DNA of 64,000 nucleotides from an uncultured Actinomycetes bacterium (GCA_963725665.1 CAVRZA010000001.1:480001-544000), one strand, 5' to 3'; shown: positions 11,701-21,149, counted from the first letter of the stretch. A program made the numbers and translations. The notes: generated by a model not told the origin, from the letters alone.

Positions 11701-12123
11701 GCCGACCCGGTCGCGCACACCACAGACGGCATCACCACCATCAACTACCGCTCGGTCGACAACGCCGGCAACGTCGCGGCCGTCCAGACCTGCCGCGTCG
11801 AGCTCGACACCCGCAAGCCGATCACTAAGGCGCCCTCGAGTGCCAGCGCGCGCCGCGGGCGCACCGCGACGCTGAAGTATCGCGCCAACGACCTACCCCC
11901 CAACGGCGGTACGGCAACGGTGACGATCAAGGTCAAGACCCTGCACGGCACGCTCAAGAAGACGCTGCGCTGCGGCGTCAAGGCGGTCAACACGACCCTC
12001 ACGGTGCGCTTCAAGGTGCCGCTCACCTGGAAGGCTGGCACGTACCGCTTCTTCGTCTATGCCATCGACGCGGCCGGCAACGCTCAGGCCAAAGTCGGCT
12101 CTAACCGCCTCGTCGTGCGGTAG
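8779..12123 (+). CDS. Large secreted beta-propeller repeat protein with Ig-like C-terminal domains
   Basis: Signal peptide ending AxA; 12 repeats of LAVSGSTVYAGGxFTSIGGQxR; VTSPNGGE domain; DxTPPxT Ig-like modules. Confidence 0.88.
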   Translation: MKRFVWLPVSLCLLCVFCLATLLAAPEAARADGALSSTPDQQPWIANDTVNVIATAPNGITYVGGGFTYVGPNTGGAAALDETSGAPDMAFPRVEGTVEAAVSDGAGGYYIGGVFTRVGGVTRNDIAHILPDGSVDPAFDPNANDSVLTLAVSGSTVYAGGTFTSIGGQTRNNIAALSAGSGLATTWDPNADKEVDALLVSGSTVYAGGWFTSIGGQTRYAIAALSAGSGLATTWAPNAGNAPYGNANVSTLAVSGSTVYAGGWFTSIGGQSRSGIAAVSASSGSATAWNPKAGGGTSIGSPVLALAVSGSTVYASGFFTSIGGQNRTFIAALDAGSGLATAWNPSADGTVRAFAVTGSTVYAGGNFTSIGGQNRHGIAALNASSGAATTWNPNPVNGVSDGTVNALVISGSTIYAGGDFTSIGGQTRNGIAALNASGAVTAWNPDATWGDWQGSIAAIAVSGSTVYVGGDFDFIGGQTRNDIAALDAGSGLATAWDPEASATGYAGVSALAVSGSTVYAGGLFTSIGGQMRNHIAALDAGSGLATGWDPNADANVSALAVSGSTVYAGGWFTSVGGQTRKNLAALDATSGLATGWDPSPDRAVDALAVSGSTVYAVGYFTSIGGQSRSEIAAVDATSGLATGWDPNAGGTSYHEVHTLAVSGSTVYVGGEFSTIGGQARDNLAALDAGSGLATAWDPGAGDPSYSTVYALAVSGSTVYVGGNFTSIGGHYQPYLARFSSPTPPTVTSPNGGETWTLVSTHDITWDAGNGGKVNVELSRDNGSSWETLFASTANDGSESWTVSGPTTSQALVRISNEKGSGSSTAPFTIAPALTGSMSLDGGAAYATSTAVTIDSSVSGVTQMRFENAGGSWSTWEAYNATKAWTLPSGDGAKTVEAQYRDADDNVLDLSADVTLDSTPPVTTNDAPTGWKKASVTVHLSPTDAGSGMTGGSAKTEYSTDGGTTWTTGTSLTITADPVAHTTDGITTINYRSVDNAGNVAAVQTCRVELDTRKPITKAPSSASARRGRTATLKYRANDLPPNGGTATVTIKVKTLHGTLKKTLRCGVKAVNTTLTVRFKVPLTWKAGTYRFFVYAIDAAGNAQAKVGSNRLVVR
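9220..10965 (+). repeat. Intragenic ~150-bp repeats (12 copies)
   Basis: gccgtctcgggctcgaccgtctacgccggcgg recurs at ~150-165 bp spacing. Confidence 0.9.
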
Positions 12124-12191
12124 CCCATTCCGTGCGGCGGCCGCGGGGCTGAAAGGACGCGCCGAAGGCGCGCCCTGCCGTCGTAATGAAC

Positions 12192-12222
12192 GTGGACCGG
12201 CGAATGCGGTCAGGCCAGTCGG
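12192..12222 (+). promoter_or_regulatory. Conserved 31-nt leader motif, copy 2
   Basis: GTGGACCGGCGAATGCGGTCAGGCCAGTCGG upstream of second secreted gene. Confidence 0.5.
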
Positions 12223-12281
12223 CGCACGCTTGCGGTTCGCCGCGAACGGGTCATCCTCCACCGTGCGAGAGGGAGAGGGTC

Positions 12282-15200
12282 ATGTCGAAGCACTTGCAGG
12301 GAGTCATGACGAAGCACTTCTGGCGCGTCGGCGCTGCGACCGGCATCGCTCTTGTCGCGGTGCTCGTTGTCTGTGCCCCTGCCCAGGCGACCGTCGTGAA
12401 GCTCTCCGTGCCGAAGATGAGCCGCATGGCGACGACCGTCGTGGTCGGCCGCGTGGCGTCGGCGACACCACGACACGTGTCCGGCCACGGGTGGGGCTCG
12501 ATCGTCACCGACACCACCCTGCGCATCGACACCGTGCTTAAGGGCACGGCGCCGGCGACGCTGACTCTGCACCTGCCCGGCGGGCGCATCGGCAGCGTGC
12601 GGGAGGTCGTGGAAGACGTCCCGACGTTGGCGCCGGGCGACAGCTACATCCTCTTCCTCGACGGCCAGGGTCGCATCGTCGGCTGGAGCGAGGGAGCGCT
12701 GCCGGTGGTGGGCGGCGCGGTGCCCGCCCTCGGCGGCGCGCCGCTGCGCGCCGCCGAGGGCATCATCCACCGCGCCGCCCACCCCTCGCTTACGGGCCCG
12801 CTGCGGACCTCGGCAGGTGAGGCGACGCTGGCGCGGCCGGCGCTCGCGTCGCCGCTCGCGCCGCTCCCCGCCAGCGTCACCGCCGACTCCACCGTCGCCC
12901 TTCTGAGCAGCGACTTCGAGGCAGGCATGTCGGGCTGGACGCTCGCCGGCTCGCCGACCTGGGGTCGCACGACCTACCGCAAGCAGGCCGGTTCGTACTC
13001 GGCCTACTGCGCCCAGAGCACGACCGCCGCCCCCGGCCCTTACTCAAACTCCATGAGCAATTGGATGGTGGCCGGCCCCTTCGACCTCAGCGACGCCACC
13101 TCCGCTGCGCTGAACTTCGACACTCGGTTCGACCTGGCGAGCAACGACTGGCTCATGGTCGGCTTCTCCACCGACGGCAGCAACTTCGACCTGATGGGGT
13201 GGCAGGGCGCCTCGTCGGGAGGCTGGTATCAGGACACCGAGGACCTGAGCAGCTTCGGCGGCACGAGCTACATCGGACAGCCCCAGGTGTGGGTCGCCTT
13301 GCGCTTCACCTCCGACGCCAGCGGCACCGCCGAGGGCGCCTACGTCGACAACGTCCTTCTGACCAAGCAGACGGGCGCGGCGCCGACGATCACGAACATT
13401 ACGCCCGCGTCGGCCTCGGCGGGCACCGGCAGCCAGGTGACGATCACCGGCACCGGGTTCGGCGCCACGCAGGGCACGGGCAGCGTCAACTTCTACTACG
13501 ACGGCACCGACACGATTCCCGGTCCGGTCACCTCGTGGAGCGACACCCAGATCGTCTGCACGGTGCCCACGGCGACGGTGAAGGGGTATCCCGCCTCGAC
13601 GGGCAGCGGGCCCGTGACGGTGACCGACGGCACGGGCACGACTGGCCCCAGCTACAACGGCTTCTCCGTGCCCTTCGGCTACGGCGGCACGAAGTGGAGC
13701 GGCCTGGGCATGACCTACCGGGTCAACCCCAACACCGCCGACACGACCAACGCGGAGGCGCTCGCCGATGCCGGCGCCTCGACCTGGAACGGCAACTCGC
13801 TGTTCGGCTTCACCGACGGCGGTCTGTGCTCGACCAGCTCCGTCGGCTATGACGGCCACGACGACATCTTCTGGGGCACCGGCCTGCCCGCCGGCGTGCT
13901 CGCGCAGGCCAGCTATTGGTTCTCGGGCTCGACGCTGAGCGAGGCCGACATCGAGTTCAACGACAGCTACACCTGGAGCGACGGCTCCGGCAGCACCTAC
14001 GACGTCCAGTCGATCGCCACGCACGAGCTGGGGCACACGCTCAACCTGCGCGACCTCTATGGCGCCAACGACACCAGCAAGGTCATGTACGGCTACGGCA
14101 GCAGCGGGCAGCAGAAGCGCACCCTCGATCCGGGCGACGCCGCCGGCATCGCCTGGATCTACGGTTCGGCCACACCGATGAGCGGCACGATGGTCGTGAA
14201 CAACGATGCTGCCTACACGAAGAGCACCACGGTGACGCTGGACTCGGCGATCGTCGGCGCCACGCAGATGCACTTCCGCAACCAGGGCGGGTCATGGTCG
14301 GCGTGGGAAGCCTACTCGTCCACGAAGAGCTGGACGCTGGCGGCCGGCGGCGACGGGGTGCGGACGGTCGAGGCGGAGTACAAGGACGCCGCCGCCAACA
14401 TCTACGCGCAGTCCGACTCGATCACCCTCGACGCCACCGGACCGACGACCGCCCAGTCCGGCGGCGGCTCCGACTGGCACACGACCGACGCCACCGTCAC
14501 CTTCACGCCGACCGATGCAGGATCGGGCATGAGCGGCGGCTCGGCCAAGACACAGTACTCGACCAACGGCGGCACGACCTGGACGACGGGCGCGAGCGTG
14601 ACCATCGTCGCCGACCCTGCGGGGCACACGACCGACGGCGTCCACGCGATCAGCTACCGCTCGACCGACGCCATCGGCAACGTCGAGACCGTGCAGACGA
14701 CCACCCTCAACATTGACACCACGCCACCGAAGACGACCCTCGTCCCGGTCCGGCTCTACGAGCTCGGCTACTGGAACAACGCTCCCTGCAGCTTCACGTT
14801 CACGGCCTCCGACGCTGGCTCGGGCGTTGCCCAAACACAGCTCAACGTCGACAACCACGGTTGGCTTCCATGGAGCCCCGGTGCCAGCGACACGTTGCCT
14901 GCCCCCGCCGACCACTCGAACGACGGCACGCACACGTTGCTCCTGCGCTCTGTCGATGTGATCGGCAATCTCGAGACCGCGCAGCAGTTCTCGCTCGGCA
15001 TCGACACGAGACGGCCGTCTGCGCGGACGCCCTATGCCAGCACCGTGCGCCGCTACGCGTACGCCACGCTGAAGTTCAAGGTCCTCGACGCGCGGCCCAG
15101 CGCCGGTTCCTGTCGGGTGGTCATCAGGGTGAAGACGCTGAGTGGCCGGCTCAAGGCGAAGTTCTCCCCGACGCGCTGGTACACGTGCGGCACACTGTAT

Positions 15201-15317
15201 TCCTACCGCTTCCGTTGCCGCCTTGCCCATGGCAAGTACACGTTCAGTGTGACCACGTACGACGGCGCGCGGAACGTCTCGGCCAAGGCTGCTCATAACT
15301 ACCTGACGGTGCGGTGA
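12282..15317 (+). CDS. Secreted matrixin-like (M10-type) zinc metalloprotease with IPT/TIG and Ig-like domains
   Basis: Signal peptide; PTITNITP..GxxVTITGTGFG (IPT/TIG); EADIEFN...HELGHTLNL...VMY Met-turn. Confidence 0.85.
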   Translation: MSKHLQGVMTKHFWRVGAATGIALVAVLVVCAPAQATVVKLSVPKMSRMATTVVVGRVASATPRHVSGHGWGSIVTDTTLRIDTVLKGTAPATLTLHLPGGRIGSVREVVEDVPTLAPGDSYILFLDGQGRIVGWSEGALPVVGGAVPALGGAPLRAAEGIIHRAAHPSLTGPLRTSAGEATLARPALASPLAPLPASVTADSTVALLSSDFEAGMSGWTLAGSPTWGRTTYRKQAGSYSAYCAQSTTAAPGPYSNSMSNWMVAGPFDLSDATSAALNFDTRFDLASNDWLMVGFSTDGSNFDLMGWQGASSGGWYQDTEDLSSFGGTSYIGQPQVWVALRFTSDASGTAEGAYVDNVLLTKQTGAAPTITNITPASASAGTGSQVTITGTGFGATQGTGSVNFYYDGTDTIPGPVTSWSDTQIVCTVPTATVKGYPASTGSGPVTVTDGTGTTGPSYNGFSVPFGYGGTKWSGLGMTYRVNPNTADTTNAEALADAGASTWNGNSLFGFTDGGLCSTSSVGYDGHDDIFWGTGLPAGVLAQASYWFSGSTLSEADIEFNDSYTWSDGSGSTYDVQSIATHELGHTLNLRDLYGANDTSKVMYGYGSSGQQKRTLDPGDAAGIAWIYGSATPMSGTMVVNNDAAYTKSTTVTLDSAIVGATQMHFRNQGGSWSAWEAYSSTKSWTLAAGGDGVRTVEAEYKDAAANIYAQSDSITLDATGPTTAQSGGGSDWHTTDATVTFTPTDAGSGMSGGSAKTQYSTNGGTTWTTGASVTIVADPAGHTTDGVHAISYRSTDAIGNVETVQTTTLNIDTTPPKTTLVPVRLYELGYWNNAPCSFTFTASDAGSGVAQTQLNVDNHGWLPWSPGASDTLPAPADHSNDGTHTLLLRSVDVIGNLETAQQFSLGIDTRRPSARTPYASTVRRYAYATLKFKVLDARPSAGSCRVVIRVKTLSGRLKAKFSPTRWYTCGTLYSYRFRCRLAHGKYTFSVTTYDGARNVSAKAAHNYLTVR

Positions 15318-15398
15318 CCCCCGAGGACCAATCAAGGAGCCTCTCCTCAAGGGCATGGTCGTCGTCGCAGAAGGCGCCCAGTGCGAAGGAGTGTACCG

Positions 15399-15540
15399 TG
15401 TCTAGCTTCTCGGACACTTAGCCGCGAAACAAGTGTGGATCTGCGCGGTGCATCGGGAGCGGGGACCGCTGCCCCAGCGACTCGTGTGGCCTGACCTCGT
15501 TGTAGAGCGAGAAGTAGCTCGTGATTACCTCGGCGAGCCT
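15399..15540 (-). mobile_element. IS3/IS481-like transposase C-terminal remnant with terminal TGTC end
   Basis: YFSLYNEVRPHESLGQRSP on minus strand; ends at TGTCTAG. Confidence 0.6.
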
Positions 15541-15543
15541 CAC

Positions 15544-15812
15544 TGCCGACACATTGCCGACGAGACGCCACACCACGGCCCAACATGGGCACGATCCATC
15601 ACCGAGACGGCGCTGAACCTTGGACTGTGCAGCACCTTTGCACACGAGGCACCACGGCTCGGCACGCCTTCCTGAGGTTTCCTAAACCTGGTGTCGTAGG
15701 TTCGATTCCTACCGGGGGCACCAGCTTTTCCCTGCATATGGCGATTTCTCCTTCTCCTCGAAGTGCGCGTTTCTGGCCGAATCGGCAAGATTGCCGACAT
15801 TCTGCCGACGAG
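15544..15812 (+). mobile_element. attP-like junction: tRNA-Arg(CCT) 3' half flanked by paired TGCCGAC repeats
   Basis: 15676-15723 GGTTTCCTAAACC...GGTTCGATTCC...GGGGGCACCA lacks the tRNA 5' half; TGCCGAC pairs at 15544/15555 and 15792/15803. Confidence 0.8.
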
Positions 15813-15936
15813 ACTCCCGAGCACGAGCGGCCACAGTGGCACATCGGGCAACACGAGCCTGTTGGGCAGATCGCGATGAAGGGCATCTTCAGCGGACAGG
15901 GCCCACTCCGGTGCCCGCCACGAGAGGAGGCCGCAG

Positions 15937-16317
15937 GTGAGCGAGTCTGCGAACCGCGCGACACTCGAGGCGCTTGTCGCCGCGCTGAACGCCAGTGACC
16001 TTGAGGGACTCGACAAGGTGTTCACCGACGACGTCGTGATGGAATGGCCGCAGTCGGGCGAGCGCATTGTCGGAGGGCAGAACCGGCGCGAGATCTACAG
16101 CCGCTTCCCGTCTCTGCCGCACGTCACGCCGCGACGTATGACAGGAAGCGACGACCTCTGGGTGCTCGAGGCGAGCCTCGACTACGGAGACGGCGATCCT
16201 TTCCAGTGCGTCTTCATCTTCGAGATGCGCGACGGGCTCATCGCCAAGGAGACGGGCTACTGGTCGAAGCCGTTCCCGGCCCCCGACTGGCGGGCGCCCT
16301 GGGTCGAGCGTCTCTAG
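15937..16317 (+). CDS. SnoaL-like / NTF2-family protein
   Basis: DDVVMEWPQSGERIVG...FEMRDGLIAKETGYWSKPF; stop overlaps tail 3 stop (CTAG). Confidence 0.9.
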   Translation: MSESANRATLEALVAALNASDLEGLDKVFTDDVVMEWPQSGERIVGGQNRREIYSRFPSLPHVTPRRMTGSDDLWVLEASLDYGDGDPFQCVFIFEMRDGLIAKETGYWSKPFPAPDWRAPWVERL

Positions 16318-16388
16318 GGCTTCGCCGCGAACACCAGCCCCGCGATCAGTGCCGCCGCCTCTTCCTGCATCGCCGGGATGGCGTGAGA
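16314..16388 (-). repeat. Integrase 3'-end remnant (tail 3), interrupted by IS630
   Basis: SHAIPAMQEEAAALIAGLVFAAKP*. Confidence 0.9.
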
Positions 16389-17130
16389 CTAGTACTCTGG
16401 CTCGTAAGTTCGCTCACGTAAGTGGCTTCCCTCAGGCGGCTATCTCGGCGACGGGCGCGTCCTCTGCGAGGCGAGCCATGAGGTTGTCAAGGTCGCCCCG
16501 CGTGAACCTCCAGTCGAAGGGGACGGCAGCCCGCTCGTAGCGGGCCTGGAAGGCCAGGAGGCGCTCAGCGAGCTCCTCGGGCGAGGCGAAGTCGGCAGGG
16601 GTGAGCACCTTGCGCTACACGACCGAGAAGTAGATCTCGACCTGGTTGAGCCAGCTGGCGTGGATTGGCAGGTGCACGAGCACGAGCTTGGGGTAGGCCG
16701 CCGCCAGGCGCCGAATCGAGGCCGCGCCACGGTGCGAGGAGCCGTTGTCGACCACCCAGAACACGCGCCGCGCCGCGGTAGGGCGGGCTTTCCATCACCT
16801 GATCGACCAGCCTCGTGAAGGGCGCGCTGCCAGTGGCCGGCTCGATGCGTCCGAAGAGCCTGGCGCGGTGCAGGTTCCAGGCGGCCAGGGTAGGCCAGCG
16901 TGCCGCGGCGCTCGTACTCGTGCTCGACACGGCGGCAGACACCCGGCCGGGGTGGCGTTGCGCGGTGGCGGCGAGAGAGCACCTGCAGCTGGGTCTTCTC
17001 GTCGGCCGAGATCACGTACTCATCGACTTCAAGCCGCCTCCCCTGCCAGGTCCGGCCGTAGAGGTCGAGCACTCGGCCCGCCTTGGACTCGAAGTCGGGG
17101 TCGCGCGGGAAGAGCCAGCTGCGCTGACAC
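16389..17130 (-). mobile_element. IS630-family transposase remnant (5'-truncated, frameshifts, stop)
   Basis: FPRDPDF..KAGRVLDLY, ISADEKT, EHEYERRGT, VVDNGSSH, HLPIHASWLNQVEIYFS; end at CTAG. Confidence 0.85.
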
Positions 17131-17193
17131 CAGTCGCGGCGGAGCAGGCGCGTCGGAGACTCCCACCAGGGCACAACGATCTTAGCGGCATTC

Positions 17194-17628
17194 CTAGGCC
17201 ACGGATCGCTGCGATTCGGACTCTCGGCGACTCGCCTCCTCTGCCCTTCGCTTGAGGTATAACACAAGCCGAGGTAACTCGCCGTCCTTGGAGTCACAAA
17301 GGGTGTCGTAGAGCGCGGAGACGAGCGCCGGCGAGGCAGCGAGGGCGGTGATGAGGCGAGAGAGACGGTACTCGGCGAAGCAGGTCGGCTCGACGTGCAG
17401 GGCGCGGGCGATGCGCTCTATCGTCTCGGGGGCGGGGACCGAGCGCGTGCCTTTGGATAGGTGGTTGAGGTAGCCGGCCGAGAGCCCCGTCCGGTATGCG
17501 AGCTGACGGAAACTGTAGCCGCGCTCCTCCTTGAGCAGACTCAGTTCGCGGTGGAAGGGTCGACTAGCTGACCCCGGCAGGACCGCTGCGGAGCAAGCAG
17601 GTTCTAGGGGCACGGCAAATCTCGTCAT
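17194..17628 (-). CDS. XRE-family HTH transcriptional regulator
   Basis: LKEERGYSFRQLAYRTGLSAGYLNHLSKGTRSVP...IERIARAL. Confidence 0.8.
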   Translation of the reverse strand: MTRFAVPLEPACSAAVLPGSASRPFHRELSLLKEERGYSFRQLAYRTGLSAGYLNHLSKGTRSVPAPETIERIARALHVEPTCFAEYRLSRLITALAASPALVSALYDTLCDSKDGELPRLVLYLKRRAEEASRRESESQRSVA

Positions 17629-18194
17629 AGAGCGTCCTTCCGCTCGCGGGTTGCCCGGGTTTGCCGGATTTCGATGATGGCGGTAGCAGGGGAGAAGGCC
17701 TGCCTTGGCGGCCTACGGCTTCCACAGCCTGTAAACGGGCCGCGAGGAGCCGGTGACGATTCCGTAAAGTCTCGCAGGTGCCTGGAGGCGGCTCTCATGG
17801 GCTATCAGGGGCCGGTCGATGTCTCACAGTTATAGAACGTCGGTCGAGCCGCTTCCATAACACTCACCCCGGAGGAGGCACTTTGCGGCACGCTCGTTAC
17901 GTTCGCGTTAGGACGGGATGAGCAGGCAAGGAAGCGGGGAACCGCTCTAAACTGCGACCACGTCGCCGAGCACCGCGAGCTGCAGGGCTCACACGAGGGA
18001 TCCTCGCCGGCCGGCCACCGCTCGAAGGGGATAAGGGTGTTGAATCTCTAGGCGGTCCCCTCCAGACCTCGGCGCGCCCTGGCTTGAAATCGGTCGCAAA
18101 TTGGCGGTTCGCGTCCGAAATCCTAGCTGCATCGGTGTCGGAAGTCGGCCCAGGCGACTTTAGGCACAAGCCGGCAAGGTGGTGTTTCGGCGGA

Positions 18195-18325
18195 TCAAGC
18201 CTCCAATACCAGACCCGCAATCAGCGCCCCCGCCTCCTCCTGCATAGCCGGGATGGCGTGCGAGTAGGTGTCCAGGGTGATCGAGACGGTGGCATGTCCG
18301 AGGCGCTCTGAGACGACCTTGGGAT
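18195..18325 (-). repeat. Integrase 3'-end remnant (tail 4)
   Basis: PKVVSERLGHATVSITLDTYSHAIPAMQEEAGALIAGLVLEA*. Confidence 0.9.
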
Positions 18326-18420
18326 CGCTGTCATGCCCGCTCGGTTACAGCGCCCGCCCGGCAAGGCGATCCCGAGATCGGTTTGCTCTGATCGCCTCGA
18401 CCCAAAGGTGGCTCAGCACA

Positions 18421-18735
18421 TCAGCAGTTGTCTCGCTGCCGGCCTCGCTCCTGAGATGCCGCCAGGCGACAGGTCTCGCAGCAGTAGCGCTTCCTGGGGT
18501 TGTCCGTGAAGAAGAGAGAGCCGCAGAGAGGCGATGCGCAGACAGTCAGGAGCTCTCTCTTTGCATGACGCCGCGGCCGCGTCGCCAAACGTCGCGATTG
18601 CTGCGAGCGATGGAGCGCGCAGTAGAGCAGCGAGTTGTAGATGCTGAGGCGGGCTGAACAACCGGGAGCGGCGCACACGCGTCCGCTGGCGTAGGTCCGG
18701 GAAGGCGTTCCGAGAGCCACCACACGATGTCCCAT
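18421..18735 (-). CDS. Small Cys-rich protein, CGNR-like zinc finger; duplicate at 46989-47303
   Basis: GGAGG RBS; CAAPGC...YCALH and CASPLC...RYCCETCR. Confidence 0.6.
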   Translation of the reverse strand: MGHRVVALGTPSRTYASGRVCAAPGCSARLSIYNSLLYCALHRSQQSRRLATRPRRHAKRELLTVCASPLCGSLFFTDNPRKRYCCETCRLAASQERGRQRDNC

Positions 18736-19049
18736 GACTGCAAGACCTCCTCGTATCCGTGACCTCTTCGCTTGAAGAGGACGTCCCGAGAACATGGTTC
18801 GGCAGGGCGTCGGACCGCCGTGAGCCGGATAGACGGATATCCCAGGCGCTTGCGAGCCTCGCTTTCGCTTGGAACCCGGTCACCTCAGGCGCAAGAATCG
18901 GCGAGGGCCAACACCGGTCACCGAAGGAGCGCTGCCCGCGAGCGCCGAGACGGTCTACTCGTCAAGGTGCTCTGCGCGTTCACGGTGTTGGGCGTGCCGA
19001 GGTTGAAGACACACCGATGCCGGCGCCGACGTCGCCTGGAGATGGGGCG

Positions 19050-19157
19050 CTACTTCGCCGCGAACACCAGCCCCGCGATCAGCGCCGTCGCCTCCTCCTG
19101 CATCGCCGGGATGGCGTGCGAGTAGGTGTACAAGGTGATGGAGACGGTGGCGTGGCC
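19050..19157 (-). repeat. Integrase 3'-end remnant (tail 5)
   Basis: GHATVSITLYTYSHAIPAMQEEATALIAGLVFAAK*. Confidence 0.9.
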
Positions 19158-19338
19158 GGGGCGAATCGCCACGAGCATTAGCTGTGATGGCGTCCTCGCC
19201 AGCCTGTCGGACGCCGGATTGGGCTGCATCACGCGGCGGCCCCCTAAGGGGCCGCAGATGTCACAACAAATGAGAATCCCATGAGGCCGTTCATGCGCTT
19301 GCCGTCACCGCGGAGCGCGCGGCCCGAAAAGCCCAACC

Positions 19339-19370
19339 CGGGGCGAGCCGCCGTGAGGCGGCTCGCCCCG
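19339..19370 (-). terminator. GC-rich hairpin downstream of 19389-19760
   Basis: GGGGCGAGCCGCC-GTGA-GGCGGCTCGCCCC perfect 13-bp stem. Confidence 0.6.
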
Positions 19371-19388
19371 CGCCCTGACCCGCCGGTG

Positions 19389-19760
19389 TCACGCCGCCTT
19401 GCGGCGAGTCTCCGGGGATTCGCTGGCCCCTGACAGCGGAGTCGGCGTCGGTGCCGACCCGGCCGAGGTCTCGACCAGCCTGCGGCGCTGCCAGACCACC
19501 AGCCCGAGCGCCAAAGCCGCAACGGCGGCAATGGCCACACCGAGGCCGAGGTAGGTGGGCCAGCTGGTCGTCGTGGTGGCCGTGGGTGCGATAGCCGGAA
19601 CGCGCTGCGCATGCACGCCGAGTTGATGAGCCTGCGCCTGAGCCGCCGCCTGCGGCGCAGGTTTAGCCTGCGCGCTCGTCACAACGACTGCGAGGAGCGT
19701 CACGGCCAAGACTACCAAGCCGGCAAACACTGCGGGTAGTTTCTGGTACTTCGTTGCCAT
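19389..19760 (-). CDS. Hypothetical exported/membrane protein
   Basis: GGAGGGGG RBS; N-terminal signal-like helix, C-terminal TM helix plus QRRR. Confidence 0.65.
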   Translation of the reverse strand: MATKYQKLPAVFAGLVVLAVTLLAVVVTSAQAKPAPQAAAQAQAHQLGVHAQRVPAIAPTATTTTSWPTYLGLGVAIAAVAALALGLVVWQRRRLVETSAGSAPTPTPLSGASESPETRRKAA

Positions 19761-19932
19761 TGCTCCCCCTCCCGGCTTGGCGGCTTCGTCTCGAAGCCGC
19801 GCTCACCTTTATCGTTGGGGCGGTGGACGTGCGACCGCTTCCGCACAGAATGGCCCTCATGAGCAGAGGATAAACCTATCACCGTAGGGACAACTGTGTA
19901 TTCAAGACAGGGACTGAGGAGGTGTCGCGCGC

Positions 19933-20376
19933 ATGGCTCGTCTGGTGGGAATCAATCACGTAGCGCTCGAAGTCGCAGACGTCGGCGAGGCCCTTGACTT
20001 ATACGGGCGCTTCTTCTCCTTCGATTTGCGTGGCAGAGTCGGCTCGAGGGCGGCCTTCATCGACATGGGCGACCAGTTCCTCGCGCTCATGGCGGGACGT
20101 AGGCAGCCCCCCGACGCGGTAAGGCACGTCGGGCTGGTGGTCGACGATAAGGAAGCTGTGCGCCGGCAGCTCAGGCAGCAGGGCATAAGCGTGCAGGAAT
20201 CCGGATCTCTGGACTTCACAGATCCCTGGGGTAACCACGTGCAGGTCGTCGACTACCGCGAGATCCAGTTCACTAAGGCTCCTTCCGTCCTGCGCGGCAT
20301 GGGGCTCGGGGAGCTTGGCAAGACCGAGCAGGCGCTCGCTGAGCTGCGCAAGAAGGGACTCGCCGGTGAGCCGTAG
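19933..20376 (+). CDS. VOC/glyoxalase family protein (copy 1)
   Basis: GINHVALEV...RHVGLVVDD...DPWGNHVQV; GAGGAGG RBS. Confidence 0.9.
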   Translation: MARLVGINHVALEVADVGEALDLYGRFFSFDLRGRVGSRAAFIDMGDQFLALMAGRRQPPDAVRHVGLVVDDKEAVRRQLRQQGISVQESGSLDFTDPWGNHVQVVDYREIQFTKAPSVLRGMGLGELGKTEQALAELRKKGLAGEP

Positions 20377-20421
20377 CGGGACTGAGGAGTCCGTGGCGGA
20401 AGCGAACCTCTCAGGGCTCAC

Positions 20422-20705
20422 CTACTTGACTGCGAAGACCAGCCCCGCGATCAGCGCCGCCGCCTCCTCCTGCAGCGCCGGGATGGCGTGCGGGTAGGTG
20501 TCGAGCGTGATCGAGACGGTGTCGTGCCCGAGGTGCTCCGAGACCACCGTGGGGTGGATGCCGGCCGGCGGGGGAGGGTGGCGTGCGTGTGGCGCAGGTC
20601 GTGCAGTTGGATGCTCGGCGCCGCCTTCTTGACTGCCTGCCCGAAGAAACGACTCACGACCTCGGGGTGCGGGGCCCGGCCGTCCTCGTGTGGAAAGATC
20701 ACCTC
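20422..20705 (-). repeat. Integrase 3'-end remnant (tail 6, divergent)
   Basis: EDGRAPHPEVVSRFFGQAVKKA..IQLHDLRHTHAT...GLVFAVK*. Confidence 0.88.
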
Positions 20706-20792
20706 CTTCTTCGACGGCAGCGCTGCAACGGCATCAGCGGGTCGACGGCGGGGGAAGCTTGCCGTACAAGATGCGATCAGAGGAGGACAAGC

Positions 20793-21146
20793 ATGCCACT
20801 GCAGAAGAAGAGTTTCGCTTCGCCGGATGAGGTGCGGCCCATGGCCGACAAGGGTCGCGTCGAGATCCTGCGGGTCGGCGATGGCGTCGTTGGCAAGGCT
20901 ACGTTCGAGCCCGGTTGGCGCTGGTCGCAGCACGTCAAGCCGATCGCCGGCACCGACAGCTGCCAAGCGGCCCATCTCGGCTATGTCCTCTCCGGGCACC
21001 AGAAGGTAGTCATGGACGATGGCAGCGAACTCGAGTTCGGCCCCGGCGACGTGGTCGCCATCCCTCCCGGCCACGACGGCTGGGTCCTCGGTGACGAGCC
21101 CTGCGTCCTGCTGGACTTCGCCGGCATGGAACACTACGCGAAGTAG
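20793..21146 (+). CDS. Cupin domain protein
   Basis: FEPGWRWSQHVKP...CQAAHLGYVLSG...IPPGHDGWV. Confidence 0.9.
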   Translation: MPLQKKSFASPDEVRPMADKGRVEILRVGDGVVGKATFEPGWRWSQHVKPIAGTDSCQAAHLGYVLSGHQKVVMDDGSELEFGPGDVVAIPPGHDGWVLGDEPCVLLDFAGMEHYAK

Positions 21147-21149
21147 GGG

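Noticed and set aside
13044-14273. Long antisense or overlapping ORFs (e.g. 13044-14273, 39145-40092, 43701-45095, 62783-63880)
   Set aside because: Shadow ORFs of well-supported genes in high-GC DNA with no recognisable motifs.
15676-15723. Functional tRNA genes (also 23854-23900 and 60227-60272)
   Set aside because: Only the anticodon arm to CCA is present; the D-arm and 5' acceptor strand are missing.
17640-18190. Riboswitch or ncRNA in long non-coding stretches (also 37240-37530, 60090-60200)
   Set aside because: I could not match a known consensus by eye; an Infernal/Rfam search would be needed.
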